Below are positions 13,501 to 27,157 of a stretch of DNA of 64,000 nt, piece by piece. Source of the DNA: Balanoglossus misakiensis (taxonomy: Eukaryota > Animalia > Hemichordata); the NCBI GenBank assembly GCA_040954595.2, contig CM082595.2, forward strand, positions 2,899,943 through 2,963,942, given 5' to 3'. The notes beneath the pieces are model-generated. The model did not search any database, was not told where the DNA came from, and saw only the letters and a list, made by a program, of their open reading frames with translations. The translations under genes and the position numbers were made by a program. How positions within the stretch are numbered: position 1 is the first letter of the stretch; the number at the start of each line of letters is the position of its first letter.

Positions 13501-16500
13501 GTTGTACTTATCACTCAATAACAAACTTTCTTCTGCAAATTATTAACACTCTATACCTGCTCTCTCTCCCTCCCTCTTTTTTTTCCAATCTCATTCTCTC
13601 TCTCCTCATCCAGAATTTTTGTACTCGGCCGCAACAGGCTACTACGCGCCACCACAACAACAGCAGCCCATGCCCCAGCAGGTGCAATACAGACAACAGC
13701 AACAGACGTACGCGACGCAGCCCGTTCAACAGAGGACGTACGAGAAACCACCACAGCGGGAGAAAAAGCTGATCAGAATCACAGACCCCACCAAAGGTGT
13801 CGATATTACGGACGAGATCATGAAAAGCAGTGGGGGTAGTAACGTCACTACCGGTAACACTGCTACAGTCACACCGCCATTGTCTGGTCGGTCCAGCGCC
13901 TCTGGGACTCCACCCCAGGTAAGTGAAGAAAAGCATCACTGGTCTGTCACATACACACACACAAAACAAGGAACTTGCCATAAATTTAAACTCCAATAGG
14001 ACTTCAGTATTTCCCCAGAACAAGTGTTGAGGGTCTGGTTGACTGATGCTCTCTGTAGGCTGCACAAACAAAAGTAGCAATTTGCTATTGAAAGAAAACT
14101 TGCTACTAATTCTTTCTTCTTTTTTTTGTCATTTTTGATACAACGTTAGATTGGACAAGCATCAACTCCACCCCCACCATTACAGCAATCACAGAGTAAT
14201 TCCATCGCAGCGCAGTTCGCAGCTCAGGTTGCAGCAACTCTGGGAACGGCGACAGAGTCAGAAAATAGGACTACTACTGTTAAACAGCCGGCTGCAGTTC
14301 CGGAAACTGCGCCGGCCGAAGTGGAACAGCCACAGAGTGTCTCACCTCCAGTGGAGACAACAACGGAAGAGGAGCCGGAGAAGCCAGTGGAGGAACCCAG
14401 CAGTGTGCCGGAAATCACAGTGGTGCCGGAAAAGGAACCGGAAACTGTGGAGAGCGAGGATGTGCCTGCCGGGAAAGAGGAGGCAGAGGAGGAGGTGGTG
14501 GCTGCCACGGAAACGGACAGTAGTGCGAAACCGGATTTACAGGAAACAGTGCAAAATGTCGAGGAGAGTAAAACGGAGGAGGTTGTTGACCAGGAATCTG
14601 TGCAGCAACCTGTTGTGCCGCCTGCAGAGGACGCGAAAAGCGCCGCGGAGGAAACTGTGACTGAAATTCCCAAGGAAGTGACAGAGCCTGCGGTCGTAGA
14701 GGATACGAAAGAAACTGTGGTGGAGTCTGCTGCTGAAATAACCCTACGTGTCAGTGACAATGGGCCAAAGGTGGAAGAACCGTCTGAGGAAACCCCAAAA
14801 GAAGTGAAAGAGGAGAAAAAGGAGGAGGCGGAAATCAAGCCGACAGAAAACCAACCCGAAATAACAGTAACTGACACAACAGGTAAGAGATGTTCTTCAG
14901 TGCTGCACTTATGTACTGCTGTCTCAGGTTCACTGGTCACACCAGACAACAACAACAACATGCGGTACAGAAGCTAGCAAACAAAAGCTGTCAGCAGACA
15001 GTACTGTGTGTTCAATCTGGTCTTATTGTCTCATTTTAAAGAGTGTGTGGAGAGGGTGATATTAGGGAGAGAAGTATTTCTTCAAAGTGTCAGTCTGTCT
15101 CTTTTCAGTTAAAGAAAACAAGAAGATGTCAACAAAACAAAGAATGAAGGAATTGAACAAGAAAGGAACGGAGGACACAGACCTCATGGATGCATTCAAA
15201 GACAAAGAAGAGGTAAAAATTTATTCAATTATTTTGAAGCCACAAACTTCTGCCAACATTTATTGCTTGTTTTATATGCATTAAAACCTGTCTAATCTGG
15301 TAAACTGTTTATACCAAAACCATTTCCTGTCCCTTTGATATAGAACCACATGTTAAAAGTATATAAACCAGACACCTCTGCAATCTGTACTAAGACAATG
15401 ATATTCAATGTTTTTTTTTACCTCAATTTGGATATTTTCTTTCAAAACAGTCAACGAAAGAGGAACCAAGCAATGAGGATGCCACAAAGAATGAAGAAGA
15501 AAAAGAAAATGTCAAAGAAACTGAAGAAGTGGAAGAGATTCCTAAAGAAACAAACAAAACTGAAAAGACAGAGGAAGAAAAGCGAAATGAAGAAAATGAA
15601 AAGAAATCCAAGGAAGAGGAGAGTATAGACAATGGAGAAGTTCGACGTGATCCTAAGGACAATAAAATTGAACTCAAGTATAAATACAGGGAAGGTAGGG
15701 AAACGTCATGATTTCTGAAACAGCGATTTTTCAAATAATTCAAAATGAAAAAAATGTCACAAAAGTCGACAGGAATAAATATGATATGGGTCGTCAAAAT
15801 TGTTGATGGGTTTGTTAGAAAATATTTCTGTTTTTATTTCAGACCAATGGAGTCCGATCAACACAGAAGGAAAGAGACAATACGACAGGGATTTTTTGTT
15901 ACAGTTTCAATTTGAAGCTAATTGCATTGAAAAACCTGAAGGGCTTCCAAAAATAGCTGATGTTATATTAGACACGGTAAGTTGGTGTCCACCCTATATC
16001 TTTTGACATTTTGCCAATTTTAGCGATTAGCAAAGATGAAGGTGTAAAGTTCTAAGCGGGAGGCAGAATTAGAATCAGTTCCTTCTGTAGAGGTCCAATA
16101 CTACCATAGAAAATAATCAATTTGGACCAAACCATGATGGTGAAAGGGTTAAATGTGGGTATGCCGATTAATTCGTTTTCATTCATGATGGATATGTCTC
16201 ATTTATTCAGGTCCATGCTAAACAGCCCATGCGGGGAGGGCCACCAATGATTCCCGGCGGCATGATGGGTAACAAGACCACGGACTTCATGCCTGCGTAC
16301 ATGGGAGGAGGGAACCAGAAAGGCAAACAGGGTTATGTTCAAAGTAACAGGGGAGCTCCACAGAGACGATCCCAAAGGGGGGAACCACGGAAAATCATCT
16401 CCAGCGCCTCGCACGGAACAGAGATCAAGCTCAGAACTACGGACAATGCATGGAAACCTCCGACCAAGAAAACAGAAGCGAAGAGTGACGCTCCAGATAA

Positions 16501-19500
16501 GGCTGTCACAGAGGTCAGTCTTCTCCCAAGGAATTTCTTATTAAGTATTGGCTTATTCACATAACAATGTAAGCAATTGTTATGATAATGAAATTCTTTT
16601 GTATTCCCCCGATCATGAAAAGAGTGACAGAGGTCAGTCTTCGCCCAAGGAATTTCTTAAGAAGTATTGGCTAATTCACATTATACACATGATGACTGAC
16701 AATGAGGGGAACAGTGAATTTTGATGTCCGAGGGCGCTGCTAGTCACAACTAAAACAGTCTTGTTTTCCCGAGGGCATAGCCCGAGGGAAAACAGACTGT
16801 TTTGGTGTGACTGACAGTCCCGAGGTCATCTAAAATACACTGTTGCCCGAATATGTCAGTTATCATGTGTTTTATAACACACCAAACCGATCGAACTGAT
16901 GCCCTAGGGAACAGTTCGAAACATGGTGTGTTATAAAACAATATGATCAGTTATGATAATGAAATTCTTTTGTATTCCCCCAAACGTTAAAAGAACATTG
17001 GTTTTCTGGAGGGAACACTGGAGGTGAATATGCTGTTGCTAATTTTTGATATTTCATCAATTACGTATCACACACTCCTGTTAGCTTATAAAAGCTTATT
17101 AGCTTGTTAGCTTATGGAGTTCTTTACCCAACTGTTTTTCATGTCAATGCCTTCACACTGTTTCTGCATTCTGTAGGACCTTTACAAGAAAGTGACTGGT
17201 ATTCTGAACAAGCTTACACCACAGAAATTCCAGACACTCACGCAGCAAGTTTTAGATCTTCCCATCGACACAGAAGAAAGGCTCAAGGGTGTGATTGATC
17301 TGGTCTTTGAGAAAGCCATCGGTGAACCAGGGTTTAGTGTAGCCTATGCAAACATGTGCAGATGTCTCATGTCGGTAAGTCCTCTGTCTGTATCTTTTGG
17401 TTGCATTATCTCAGCAAAATATAGACCAGAGATGTGATAAGTCAATCTTAAACATCTCTTAGCTCGATCATGTCATGTAACCGTAAGTGACTGGATCAAT
17501 ACTTTTCTTCTTGCAGATGAAGGTTCCCACAAATGATGGCAAAGGCAATGTCAACTTCCGTAAGCTGCTGCTCAATAAGTGTCAGAAAGAATTTGAGAAA
17601 GATAAAGATGAAGATAATGAGATGGAAGCAAAGAGAAAGGCACTTGAACAAGCTGAAACGGTTAGTAAAGATTTTTGAGATTTTCCCGTTGCAATTCGAA
17701 GTATTAACCCAAGCAAAACACAGCAGGGTTAAGTTGACTTGTGCTGATGGGAAAATCTTGCTGATTTACAGGAAGAAGAACGAAAAGAGAAGAAAGAAGA
17801 ACTCGAAATGTATGACACCAAGATGAGGAGGCGGTCTCTTGGTAACATCAGATTCATCGGAGAGTTGTTTAAGCTGAAGATGTTGACAGAACCAATTATG
17901 CATGATTGTGTTGTCAAACTTTTGAAAGCTCATGACGTAGAGTCTCTGGAATGTCTCTGTAGACTTCTTGCAACAATAGGAAAGGACTTGGACCACGAAA
18001 AAGCTAAGGTAATTTGGGCAGAAGTTTCCCATGTCAGTTTTCCTAAACCATAATTTTTAAAAAGTGGTTGAAATAATTTTTGTGCAACCAGCAGTGACAA
18101 GTATATTGAGCAACATTTTTGAGTATTACAGGGAACGTGTGCATTGAAATCTTCGAGTGAGTAATGTCAGTCTCATTTCTACAAACCTATTGGTTTATTT
18201 TCTCTTTGCAGCCAAGAGTTGATCAATACTTTGCCCAGATGGACAGAATTTCCAAGTCTAAGAAGTACTCTTCCAGGGTTCGGTTTATGCTGCAAGATGT
18301 GATTGAACTACGAGAGGTAGGTTGAGACAATTTTCGCCGTTGAAAAATCAGTTTTTGTCACTAATGGCTAAATTCACGGCCAGATATTTCATCGTACATG
18401 TACATCCTTCGGCTGACAAATTGTGTGATTTCCTGTGTCCCTTCAGAGTAACTGGGTCCCAAGACGAGATGAGAACAACCCCAAGACTATCGAACAGATC
18501 CATAAAGAGGCCAAACTTGAGCAGGAACAGTCACTCTTACTTGCACATCAACAACCTCAGCAAAACAAGAGAAGTCGAGGTAGGGGAGATAGGCAGGGAC
18601 AAGGGCAAGGGCAAGGACAAGCAGACGACGGTTGGAGTATGGTTTCCAGTACGAAGAGCAGGCCTTCTTTTGATCCCAACAAATTTAAAGTAACAAAGGT
18701 AAGATACTAAAAATGTGTACTGAAGTGATTATTTACCTCTGATCACATTGTGGTTTCCAAGGTGTTAATGGAATAGAACTGGACAAATTTAATTAACCTT
18801 TTCAACATCAGATCCCCCCTCTATAGAGGTCCAAGTTTACCATAGAAAACTATGACTTTGAGAGGGGTATGGTGGTGAACATATGCCCATATGTGAAAGG
18901 GTGTGTCTGCCTTCAAATGGTCGTGTGGTGGAGCTTTATCATGTGGCCACCCTCTGAAAATATCACAGGCTAGATCTCGACTAGCAAGCAGTCATCTTGG
19001 TGACTGTGGCATTAGGTGACAGTATACCTTTAACGGAAATGCATTATTTTGTACACACAGCAAACTGTGGATGAAAACATTCAACTTGGTCCAGGTGGTA
19101 GACCAGGTGGTGTTTTCGGTGGCTGGGGCCGCGGAAGTAGTGGAGGCACTGGAGGCAAATCGCAGCAAGAGCAACAAGAATCCCGACCTGCACCGGCAAA
19201 CAGATTCCAGGCTCTGGCATCCGGTGAAACGCAGCCGTATGACTCGTCAAGGAGAGGATCAAGGTATGGACAAATGTCCGGAATTAAAGGGACAAAGTCT
19301 CTCTCTCGCTGCCCTTTTTCCATTATGTTTGATACAAGACACTGTTTATGTATAAATGTACATGTGTATATGCAGTGAATGAACATTCAACCACACACAA
19401 CTTCCATCCCGCTTGTATGATATGAGAGTAAACTTGCCCATAATGAATAAATGGCAGAGACTGGACATGTATTGTCCATTTTAAATGAACGTACAGTAGT

Positions 19501-22500
19501 ATATTATGTGCAGACAGCCAAGTGTGTTAAACCATTGAAAGCCACATATGTGACAATGTGTGTAAATGTTGCCATGCAGGGAGATTGGTCGAGGGCGTGA
19601 TAATAAGGGTGGCAGACAGCTGAGTGGTCCAAGAAGATCCACATCCAGGGAAAGCGGCAGAGATGGGAGAAACCGGGAAAGAGAAGAAGCTATCGCAATT
19701 GCCAAGAATTTATCGTCCTCCCAAGCCCTGGCTGACAGGAACAGAGAAAGAGGTGAGGGTCATGTTTTGTATTATTTTTGAGGAGAGGTTTTTGTTGTGT
19801 ATTTTGGGTTTGTAGGAGAATGTTTTGGGGCAGGATCTTTACAGTTTGTCTTTTTCGAACTTCAGCCAAGACACCAGAGCCAAGAGCAGCGACCCCACAA
19901 CCGGCAGAACCCAAAGCTGTGCCCAGTGACATATCGGAAGAAGCCATGGAGAAGAAATCCAAGGCAATCTTAGAAGAATTCATGCATCTCAAAGACTCGA
20001 GGGTAAGGACAGAACTCCTTCCATTGTTTCAGACATCCAAATTTTTTATATCAAACCGTTGTGCGTGATCGTGCTGTAAATCCCAGTCAGTGAGAATTTA
20101 ACGGAGGAGCCAGCAGTAACTGTTGCCAAAGCAAACATTACAGTTCCAGGAACACTCCATCCTTATTTGGATATTTGATCTCGTTTCTTTACAGGAAGTT
20201 CACGCTTGTGTTTCTGACCTCAATGCACCACGGATGATGTACATCTTTGTGAGGATAAGCTTGGAGCAGACCTTGGAGAGAAACGAGTCGACAAGACAGT
20301 CGTGTGGTGCACTCATGTATGATCTAATCAGAGATGGCAAGCTTGAAATACAACAGTACAACAAAGGGTAAGTTACAGATATTATCCAGTGCCTGCACTT
20401 TCCAGTTTGTGTTTTAACCCTTTCATCCCCAGTTCCCACTTTAGAGGTCCAACATAACCCATAGAAAACAACGGATTTGGACCAAACAGTGATGGTAAAA
20501 AGGTTAACTCACTGAAACACGCTAAATGTCTAGTTGTTACAACTTGATTCTCGCTCTGTACATGGGTAAAATATTACAATTATACTTCTTACAGGATAAT
20601 TATTGTTATTGACCAAAAACTGAATCGTACAAGGTGTTAATATTATTGTCATGTTCATTAAATTCCAGGCTTGCTGAAATCCTTGAGTATGCTGAAGACA
20701 TGGCTATTGATATCCCCAAATTCTGGACATACGTTGGGGAATATATTGCTCCTCTGGTCCAGAGTGGTAAAATCCCGATGACCGTTCTTAAAGACGTCAC
20801 GAAGCCGTTGCTTGAAATTGGAAAAGCGGGACATCTCATTGCAGAGGTGCTACTAGTGGCTACCAAAATAATAGTAAGTCTCGTGATCTTTGTAAATCAT
20901 TGTAAGTGTGGTCTGATATTGCTGTGGTTCTGCTTTTGTGGCCGTGATGTTTGTCATGCAAAAAAAGATAAAAGGATCTTGTTCTTGTGGGAATTCCTGG
21001 AAAGTCCTTTTATGATCAGGAAAACTTCCCTCTGATCCAAGGGAAGAGAATTCATTTTTTCTCACTTGTTTGAGTTGTGTTATGGCTTTTTGTGGTGTAT
21101 CAGTGATGGGTTAGTTCAATTTTATCCTCCATTTTTTCAGGGCGAGGCTAGAATTGCTGAACTCTGGCAAAGTTCCGGAATGGACTGGAGTAGTCTCTTG
21201 CCTGCCGGAGAAAATGTAAATGAGTTCCTGGAAAGGAAGGTGAGGAATCCTACACAGTTATTATCCATGTGTGAAGCAAATGTCTAAGTATATCTGTAAC
21301 TACACTCACGGCGAGGCTCCAGATGGGTGTAGCGCCCTCGTTCAATGGCCGACTTGCATCTCTAAACAATGGCGACCGTCGATGACCTTAGCAACCTGTA
21401 CTTCTGAGGACAACAATGCATTGCGGCTATGATGTCATCGCCACCTTTATGCAAGTCGGCCATTGTAGGGAGACAACTTCCTCTTATTACCAACTCTTAC
21501 GAGAACCTTTGATTTTTCTTCCTTCCCAGGGTTTGTCATTTACAGCCCCAAGTTCAAGTGGCAGTAGAAGTAGTCAAACTACAAATGTAGGAATGTCAAT
21601 CGAGCAGATTCAGAATCACTTGGAACATTTACTACTCAGAGAGAGATCCCCAAATGACAAGATTTTTGACTGGATTGAGGTGAGTGTACAGATGTGTACA
21701 GTACTCATTGGGCATGTTTGCGTATAATACCACTGAGATCAACGTAGTAGGAATGATATCATAAGTGTAATCAGATGTAGATTCAGTTAACGAATATTTG
21801 TGGTTTTTGTTTTTAGGCCAATGTTGTTGCAGAGAGAAGAAAAGATGCTGATTTTATTCGTGCCTTGATGACAGCTGTGTGCCAAAGTGCAGTGTCAGGT
21901 AAGGATTTGGGTTTCACAAAAGAAATAATAGTATATCGGAATTTGAAATTTGATTTTCATGGCGCGCACTACCTTTGTGTAATTTTGCTGAAATCTTTTT
22001 TTCGTCTGTAGGGGAAGGAAGTGCCTGTCGCTGTGAAATCAACGAAGTCAAGAACAGAGCGACTGTCCTGCAGAAATATCTTGATAATGATGACAAACTA
22101 GAATTACAAGCTTTGTATGCATTACAGGCCTTAAATTATAAATTAGATAGTCCACCAAGTAAGTACTTAGCTGATTTATGTATTGTGTGATAATTAATAA
22201 CTTAAGTGAATTAAAAGATTTTTGCTGATACTTTCGTCAACCATATAAACTGGATTTTTTTATGGTTTTTCGTTATTGTTTAAATTCTTTTGATATGTTT
22301 GTATGTGACTCTAATTGCTTTAAGACTCTGGGCTGGAATAGACTCAAACTGATTCCTAATTTCCCTTCATTTCAGGTTTACTGCGTATATTTTTTGATAA
22401 GCTTTATGACGAAGACGTGATCTCGGAAGAAGCTTTCTATGCATGGGAGAAAAGTGACGATCCGAATGAACAACAAGGAAAAGGTGTTGCACTCAAGTCT

Positions 22501-22554
22501 GTCACTGCGTTCTTCACATGGCTACGGGAAGCTGACGACGATTCTGCAGAATAG
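1599..22554 (+). CDS. EIF4G: Eukaryotic translation initiation factor 4 gamma (eIF4G1/3 type), full length
   Basis: Hand-spliced GT-AG exons keep frame: 1599-1672, 8874-8931, 9078-9263, 9432-9620, 11967-12084, (12460-12495 cassette), 13614-13918, 14150-14882, 15109-15212, 15451-15694, 15843-15976, 16211-16513, 17177-17374, 17517-17660, 17772-18008, 18212-18316, 18447-18698, 19061-19263, 19580-19752, 19866-20002, 20195-20367, 20669-20873, 21141-21239, 21530-21679, 21817-21898, 22012-22158, 22376-22554 (TAG). Motifs: PABP-binding [22 protein letters not shown]; eIF4E-binding YDRDFLL (15881-15901); MIF4G ([26 protein letters not shown]); MA3 ([15 protein letters not shown]); W2 ([18 protein letters not shown]...FFTWLREA). 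The N-terminal exons are less certain than the core. Confidence 0.96.
4828..4921. mobile_element. About 90-bp piggyBac-like MITE (TTAA|CCC...GGG|TTAA), representative copy of an abundant family
   Basis: Terminal inverted repeats TTAACCCTTTCACC / GGTGAAAGGGTTAA. Further full or partial copies lie near 16075-16152, 18792-18901, 20414-20506, 31169-31260, 40014-40050, 42438-42528, 48781-48873, 49601-49665, 51321-51390, 55225-55314, 59343-59440 and 61977-62067. Confidence 0.85.
16684..16942. mobile_element. Palindromic MITE-like insertion in an eIF4G intron, inside a local duplication
   Basis: Nested inverted repeats (AAAACAGTC...GACTGTTTT; TTATAACACACCA...TGGTGTGTTATAA). Flanking sequence TATGATAATGAAATTCTTTTGTATTCCCC occurs at 16581 and 16952. 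A related inverted copy lies at about 62601-62678. Confidence 0.6.
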
Positions 22555-24728
22555 GACATTTAAAAAAACTTACGACAAAAAAAAATGTGAAAAAACGAGG
22601 AAAAAAAATATGAAGAGGAATATATAGTTAAGATACCAGGATGCCAAAGTATATAAATTAAATTTGGCACTCACTGGATATTTTTATGATGCAAGGATTT
22701 ATTCCTCATCGATAACCTGCATGACCTTTGACCTTTGTGAACTTTGCTGCGACATGGACTACTAGAGTAATTTTTAAAAACACTCGAGACACTAGTTTTT
22801 CGAGTGGTGAAACCAGTAATAAACAATTACACAAAGATGTGGGTGGAAAGCTTAGCAGACTCTGCTCTTAAAAATCGAAGGAATGTAAAATTCTGTAAAA
22901 AAAGTTAGATAAATTATGAGGAATTTAGTCAAACCAAAACTGATAGCTCAAACTCTTTACTCCAATCGACTTATTTTTTCACTTTTCAAAATTGTGTTGA
23001 TGCATGTTACGAATCTGTGTATGTACGTAAAGATGTACTTTTTTGTATTTTCTTTTTTTTTTCTGTTCGAGGTGACATTGGGACTTCTGGGCTGCTTGAC
23101 ACTAGGAGTTCACGAAGCAGCTCAAATAAATTTTATTCAGTGTCACCCTGTATTGAAACATGCAGTCTGATTTTTTCATTTTAAAGAGTAAGTGAAAAAA
23201 AAAAACAGACAGATTGTGTGTTGAGCTATGAGAATCACGTCTTGAGGAAGATGAAAGCTTTGAAAATAAACTAACAAGTGCGCAAATGTAAGAATATTTC
23301 AAGTTCAAACTTGTGTAACAAAAACAGAATCTTGCCTGCTTCGGGAAATTAAAATAAAGACGAAGAATTGATCAATTTACAAGATGACTTGTGCTTGTCT
23401 TGTTGACTATACATGTACTTGGATGATGATTGTAGTTGGTACATGGAGCCCCAATATATTTTAGGGCTCAGTCACTTCCAGAGAGTGTGTGTTGTGTCCA
23501 TCGTTTTCCAAACCTTAAAAAAACTGCTGTAGGGTGTTGCCTTTGGTCTGAACAGTTTTCTGAGCAACCTAATGTCTGTTTTATCCCAAAATCACAGATT
23601 ACTTTAAAATGGCTATTGACAGCGCCCTCCGGTGATGGCTGTGTCAATCGTATGAGACGTGCTTGACAACAGGTACCATGGATACGCATTTCTTGTATGC
23701 GGATGTAAGCTAAATTGTAACAACTAGTCTACGATCGAGACCACTGCCTGCCCGTTTAGCCAGACGATCGTTGGCGGATTCGTTCATTTCTGATCGGGCT
23801 GGCGTAGGTCTACGTCCACTTCGCAGGATCGAGAAGTAGGAGCTCTCACGTGGGAAAGGGTGGGGGGGGGGGGGGGGTCAGACACACGTATCGTCCGCTG
23901 CAAGGGTTATTTGCTCGGCCACAGTCTCCCGAGGAGAGCAAGATGCTAGACAATACTTTACATGTAGGCTGCGTAAAAAATACCGCTTACCCTTTCTTCT
24001 GTGATCGCCGAGAAACTTGGTGAAGCAATCTGTAGGTCTCCAAATGAAACTTCGTATCACACGATGAAATAAGACCAGTCACCACGTCGAATCCGGGGTA
24101 TCCCTTTCGATGTTTTCACTTGCGAACACAGTATGCCCTTTTATCACATTCCCGGGCAGTAAACAACGGGTGTTTGCGACTATAAACGGCCATGACTTCT
24201 TCGTTTTAGAAACTATGTTGCCGCTCACAACGAACGGTAACTGATGCATATGTCGGCGACGTGCAGACGACGGAAGTGGTAAAAAAAATTGACAAGCAAA
24301 TTCGCGCCATAGATTTTTTTCTTATTTAAAAAAGGATCAGTGAATTTTGGTAATTTTTCACGAAACTACGTTTGAGAATTATGAATGACAAACTTCAGCG
24401 TGAAAAAAAACGCTCTATTTTGGACATCGCGTTTTACGTCCAGACATTTATGCTAATGAGCAACTCCAAATATGGTTGACGTACATAGTTCTCAGTTTGC
24501 AATGAACTGAATAAGAGCAAAACTTGGAAAATTACTATGAATAACTTCATACAAATCACAGATGAAACTAAGACAAAACAATGTACATTTATTGTCGTTT
24601 TTTCTAAAATTCACACACAACAATATGATTACAGGTGTGTGAGCAATCTGGTGGTACAATTTGATACACTGTTTGTTGTGAGTAGATCTATATCATGTAG
24701 ATGTACATGGTGTGTCTATTCTAGATTT

Positions 24729-25499
24729 TCATTCTCCCTGAAATAAAAGTCGCATAACTTTCTCTACAAGCTCCGTCTTTTCAATGCAACCCTTAAAATC
24801 AACACCGTGTTTAGCAAGTATAGCTTTCATTTCCGCTATTGTCATTTTCTTAATTTCATCAAGCGTTGGAAGATCACTACTGGATGACTGTCTTGTGTCT
24901 GGGGGAATCTGAGAAAAACAAGTTCTCAGTTTCTCTGCCTCACTCCCAGTGAATACTGGTACAAAGGTACTTTTGGTCAGATTACTGCTAGAAGATACAC
25001 TACTAGTGGTCGGTACAAGACCAGTGGGTAGATGTACATTGAACCCAAAGCGAAAATTAGCGTTGGTTTTAGGTAGTAAATTACTATTAGCAGATACACT
25101 GGTACCTGTGATCGGAATACTGCTAGAGGATACATTACTTGTGGTAGGTACAGGACCAGTGGCTAAATGTACATTGAACCCAGAAAGAAGTTTACTACTG
25201 GTATAATCTGGTACTTTACTACAACCAGATACATTACTAATTGGAGCTGCATTATCTCCAGTAGGAACATTAAAAAAGACAGATGCGGTACTGCTAGTAC
25301 TAGTGCTACTAGTAGTTGCACTACCAATGGTAGGGCTAGAATATGGGGAACTACTAATAGATATATTATTGGTGACGTCACCACTTGTGTTACTATTTAT
25401 ATCTTGATTAGTTTTTCTTTTGCGCTTCTTCTTTTTATGTTTTTCTGGAGTGCTTTTTGCCTCCTGTTGCAGTGTGAATAGTTGATCCCGTTGATTGTT

Positions 25500-25561
<62 letters not shown>

Positions 25562-27157
25562 GAGCTTGCAATGTACTTGGGTGTACTGCAGACTGCATCT
25601 GAGTGCAACGAGAACTTGAGTAAGACTGCAATACAGATTAATTGACACCTGAACAATAGCAGTGTCTATAGTTTGATAATAATCCAGTATTGTTTGCTTG
25701 ATATGTATTGTATTGACAATTCCTAACTTGAAACTTGCTATTTCAAAGTACACTCATATCTCTTCAACAGATTGTAGAAATACACTTTAATATGTAGAAT
25801 GTGTTGACCAACTTGTCAAAAAAACTATAGCTGGTTGAATAATTGGTCATATAACAATATCTCACCTCGTATATTCTTGACATGTTCAACAAATGACTCA
25901 ATTTGCTTGTACTAAACTTACATCTTTCTTTTTCTTTCGTTTTTGTCCACCTTCATCTCCTGTTGCCTTTTCTCTTTTCTTACGTTTTGGTTTTTGTTGT
26001 TGCAGTTCATCATCTGTCCTTTTCTTCTTTTTGGCTGAGGTCCCAGGGACTGCACCGAGACTGTCAATAAAGTCTGGAGAAAAGACACGACCTTCTTGTT
26101 CTTTTGTTGTTGCACAACTCCCTTCGTCATCTTCAAGAATGCTGTCATCCAAACTGGCGCTCGGGCACCCGGGGAATGTTGCTGTTCGGACCTTCCCGAA
26201 CTCCCCCACTTCAGAGCTGACGGTTACATCGAAATACAAGAATCGCGTTTCTTCTGGATTCGTGTTGATTTCTTCCGATAGAAGATTTTCAATCGGGCCT
26301 TTCGCTTTGTCTGCAAACGTCAAAAATGGCACAGGATTTGAAAAGTTCATTTTCATTTCTGCCCGTAGCTTGTACTCAGATAACCGATCCTTGTGATTCA
26401 CGACACTGTCTAGCTGCCTTTTTATAATTTTCTTTTTCCCCAAAAAAGCTCGTTCAAAATCATCTAAAGCTTTCTTCTCCATGAGCCGCACGTTTTGGGA
26501 CATTGCCTTTGCATGATTCCTAATGGTGGTTCTTCCATTCTTATGATTCTTTGTGAGCTCTTGGAGCTCTTTCTTCAAACCAGCCTTCACGCCAGGAACC
26601 TTTTTGATCTTCTCCGTAATCTGTAGCAACACATTTTTGAAATCCTCCTTTGCTTCCTTCGCCACACCCTCAATGTCTGTATATTGGTGTGCTGGGTTTG
26701 GGTGTTCGCTAAAGGCACACTTCAAACAAACACATTTCTTACAACTCTTGCAGTACACGTCCAGCGTTTTGTCTGGGTGTTTTTCGCAGTACGAGGGCTG
26801 GTCTGCGATCGGATTTGTGCTTGTCACATCCTGGAATTTACCTGGAACTCGAACGTCTGGGTTCACAGTTGTGGGGAGCGAGGCCGGGATCTCTCTGGTT
26901 TCCATTAAGTCAAACAACCTGTTGACGTTGCGTAGCATTCTGTTTGTCGGCAGTTCTTTCACGCCTCCCGGAGGCAAAATGAAAGGTTTCCGGCAATTTG
27001 GACAAGTCAAGTCGCCCTTGTTGCTCTCTACCCATTCTTCAAGGCAATGCTCACAGAAGCTGTGCTGACAGTTCAGAAGCTTTGGTACCAGATATTCCTC
27101 GAAACAAATGTCGCATATCGTTGTTTCGTCTCGAAGCCAGTCAATTTCAGACGCCAT
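24729..27157 (-). CDS. TRIM-A: RING / B-box2 / coiled-coil protein with a spliced polyQ, S/T-rich and SAP-like C-terminus
   Basis: Exon 1 is 27157-25922: C3HC4 RING CDICFEEY...CQHSFCEHC...CPNCR, B-box CEKH...YCKSCKKCVCLKCAFSEH, coiled coil. It ends GAT|GTAAGT. Acceptor TATTGCAG|TCT at 25625 is phase 0 and in frame with ORF 24729..25631, which ends in MTIAEMKAILAKHGVDFKGCIEKTELVEKVMRL. Confidence 0.8.
25500..25562 (-). repeat. (CAA)n microsatellite encoding polyQ in TRIM-A exon 2
   Basis: Pure TTG run on the + strand, about 21 units. Confidence 0.95.

Noticed and set aside
14224-14961. 245-aa antisense S/T-rich ORF
   Set aside because: Shadow of the Glu-rich eIF4G exon on the opposite strand.
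9264-21816. Intronic C/D-box snoRNAs in eIF4G (vertebrate EIF4G1 hosts one)
   Set aside because: Only imperfect C and D boxes were seen, with no convincing terminal stem or rRNA guide; an Infernal or snoscan search is needed.
23700-24480. CpG-richer intergenic stretch (similar stretches at 45960-46400 and 62700-63500)
   Set aside because: Probably old repeat fragments; I could not find paired termini, an ORF or an RNA-gene signature.
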